The notes beneath the pieces were generated by a model, which saw nothing but the letters and a program-made list of their open reading frames with translations, was not told the origin of the DNA and did not search any database. Positions 62,490-64,000 of a DNA stretch of 64,000 nt are shown piece after piece (within the stretch, counting starts at the first letter, position 1; the number at the start of each line of letters is the position of its first letter). Location: assembly GCA_043228905.1 (NCBI GenBank), contig JBHGNT010000012.1, forward strand, positions 15,996,001 through 16,060,000, given 5' to 3'. A program made the translations under genes and the position numbers. The DNA comes from Azolla caroliniana (taxonomy: Eukaryota > Plantae > Polypodiophyta).

Positions 62490-64000
62490 TGTTGGGATTT
62501 TCGGTCCCTCCGGATGGGATGTCCGGAGATGAATGACGGCAGGCCTGGCCCCGGTTTCGGAGCCGGATGATGAAGACCCCGGCTACGGAGCCGGATGACG
62601 AAGACCCCGGCTATGGAGCCGGATGACGTATGTACCCGGAGAGAGATCCGGATGCGGGGACATATTTGTGAATATGTTTGCCAAGGGCCCTTGAGGCTAT
62701 ATTTGTAAATAGCCCGAAAGTCATATGTGTATAAATATGACTTAGGGCAAATAGTTTTTGTGTTGTTGATCATTTTTCTGTTTTTCCACTCAAGAGGAGT
62801 GAAGAGTGAGCAGCCGTGAGAGAGAGAGAGAGAGAGAGAGATAGAGCGTGAGAGAGGAAGAGGACGACGCCTCTTTGTATTTTCCGCCGCCTGTGGCGAG
62901 GACAGCGAGCTCAAGGTCGTCGCCTTGCAGCTCGCCATTGTATACTTCTCTGTGTATAGTGGTGGTTCGGAGTCTTGTACTCCCGTGGTTTTTCCCGTTT
63001 AGGGTTTCCACGTTAATCCCTGCGTATTTGTGTTTCTCTCTGTGGTTTCCTATTTTCTGCTGCATTGATTCGCGCTTACTCGGTTGTGGCCGAGTGAAGA
63101 AGGAGAATCGAAGCGTCGATTTTCCATCAAAGTGGTATCAGAGCGAGTTGCTGCAGAAAATGGAAGGCGGCGGCAACGGGCAGCCGGGGATGATGGTGCT
63201 GACTGCGCAGAATTACGCCGACTGGAAGATCAAGATGGAGGATCTTCTGATTGTTCGGGACCTGTACGAACCGATTGACAGGTCGGAAATACCGAAAGGG
63301 GTACTTGAGTCGGAATGGAGGCTTCTGAACCGGAAAGCCGTTGCAACCATTCGGCAATACGTCGACGTGAGCGTTCTACAACATGTGGCGAACGACACCA
63401 ACGCATATGAGATGTGGCGGAAGCTGTCGGGCCTCTACGAGAGGAAAAATGCGTTGAACCGGACCTCCCTGATGAGGAAGATAGTGAATCTCAAGTACCG
63501 GGACGGCGAGAGTATGGTGGAACACGTAAGCACGTTCATGGGATTCGTGAATCAGCTTGCGGCGATCAAGTTCCCGTTGGAGGATGCAATGCAAGCCATC
63601 ATCCTGATGTGTACATTGCCGGAAAGCTGGGAGAACTTGGTGGTGACTCTCAGCACCTCCTGCACGGAAGATAACTTGTCCTTACAAACGGTAAAGACAA
63701 GTATTTTGAACGAAGAAGCGCGTCGGAGAGATAAAGAACCGGCCTCCGACTCGAAGGCGCTGCTTACCGAATCGGATCGGGGAAGACAATGGAACCGGAG
63801 TCCGCAAAGACGGGAGAAGTCGGGGACCCGGTCGCAGTCAAGAGGAAGACCCACATGCTTCCACTGTGGGAAGCCGGGGCACTTCCGAAAGAATTGTCGG
63901 CATTACCGAAAAGACAACGGAGCCGACGACACCGATTCGAAGAAGTCACCGGAGAGAAACGGTGCATACCAGGGAGCCATGGACCGGAGAGGTCCGGATC
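62490..64000 (+). mobile_element. Ty1/Copia element I, 5' part (LTR 62490-63129, PBS 63133-63144), runs off the window
   Basis: TGTTGG...CCATCA LTR homologous to solo LTR 12211-12985, with about 3 copies of the 28-bp unit; PBS TGGTATCAGAGC. Confidence 0.93.
63160..64000 (+). CDS. gag: Copia I gag, open to the window edge (partial)
   Basis: Manual translation MEGGGNGQPGMMVLTAQNYADWKIKMEDLL...LPESW...CFHCGKPGHFRKNC with no stop; absent from the ORF track because it lacks a stop in the window. Confidence 0.92.
   Translation, partial: MEGGGNGQPGMMVLTAQNYADWKIKMEDLLIVRDLYEPIDRSEIPKGVLESEWRLLNRKAVATIRQYVDVSVLQHVANDTNAYEMWRKLSGLYERKNALNRTSLMRKIVNLKYRDGESMVEHVSTFMGFVNQLAAIKFPLEDAMQAIILMCTLPESWENLVVTLSTSCTEDNLSLQTVKTSILNEEARRRDKEPASDSKALLTESDRGRQWNRSPQRREKSGTRSQSRGRPTCFHCGKPGHFRKNCRHYRKDNGADDTDSKKSPERNGAYQGAMDRRGPD

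Overview
Eukaryotic, almost certainly plant, nuclear DNA (non-seed plant such as a fern is my best guess from the retroelement lineages). About three quarters of the window is two nests of LTR retrotransposons (about 1-41.5 kb and 50.9-64 kb). They flank a gene island with one intronless CDS for an atypical IBH1/AIF-like HLH protein (45541-46965). One Ty1/Copia element (27077-32460) is intact and very young. The most interesting signal is a non-chromovirus Ty3/Gypsy lineage present as three diverged coding copies plus a solo LTR. All three coding copies keep a G_GAT_TTT slippery heptamer and a covarying H-type pseudoknot between a Gag-protease ORF and an RT-RH-IN ORF, implying a -1 frameshift after the protease. 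The two copies with a 5' end have a tRNA-Trp primer site. All four insertions have CG-centred 4-mer flanks (ACGT, ACGG/ACGA, ACGT, CCGA), and the duplication is 4 bp where both ends survive. Other notable signals are antisense tRNA-like Pol III A/B boxes inside two LTR families and a tandem array of duplicated splice-acceptor + ATG modules making short uORFs ahead of the HLH gene. All calls are by eye, with no database search.
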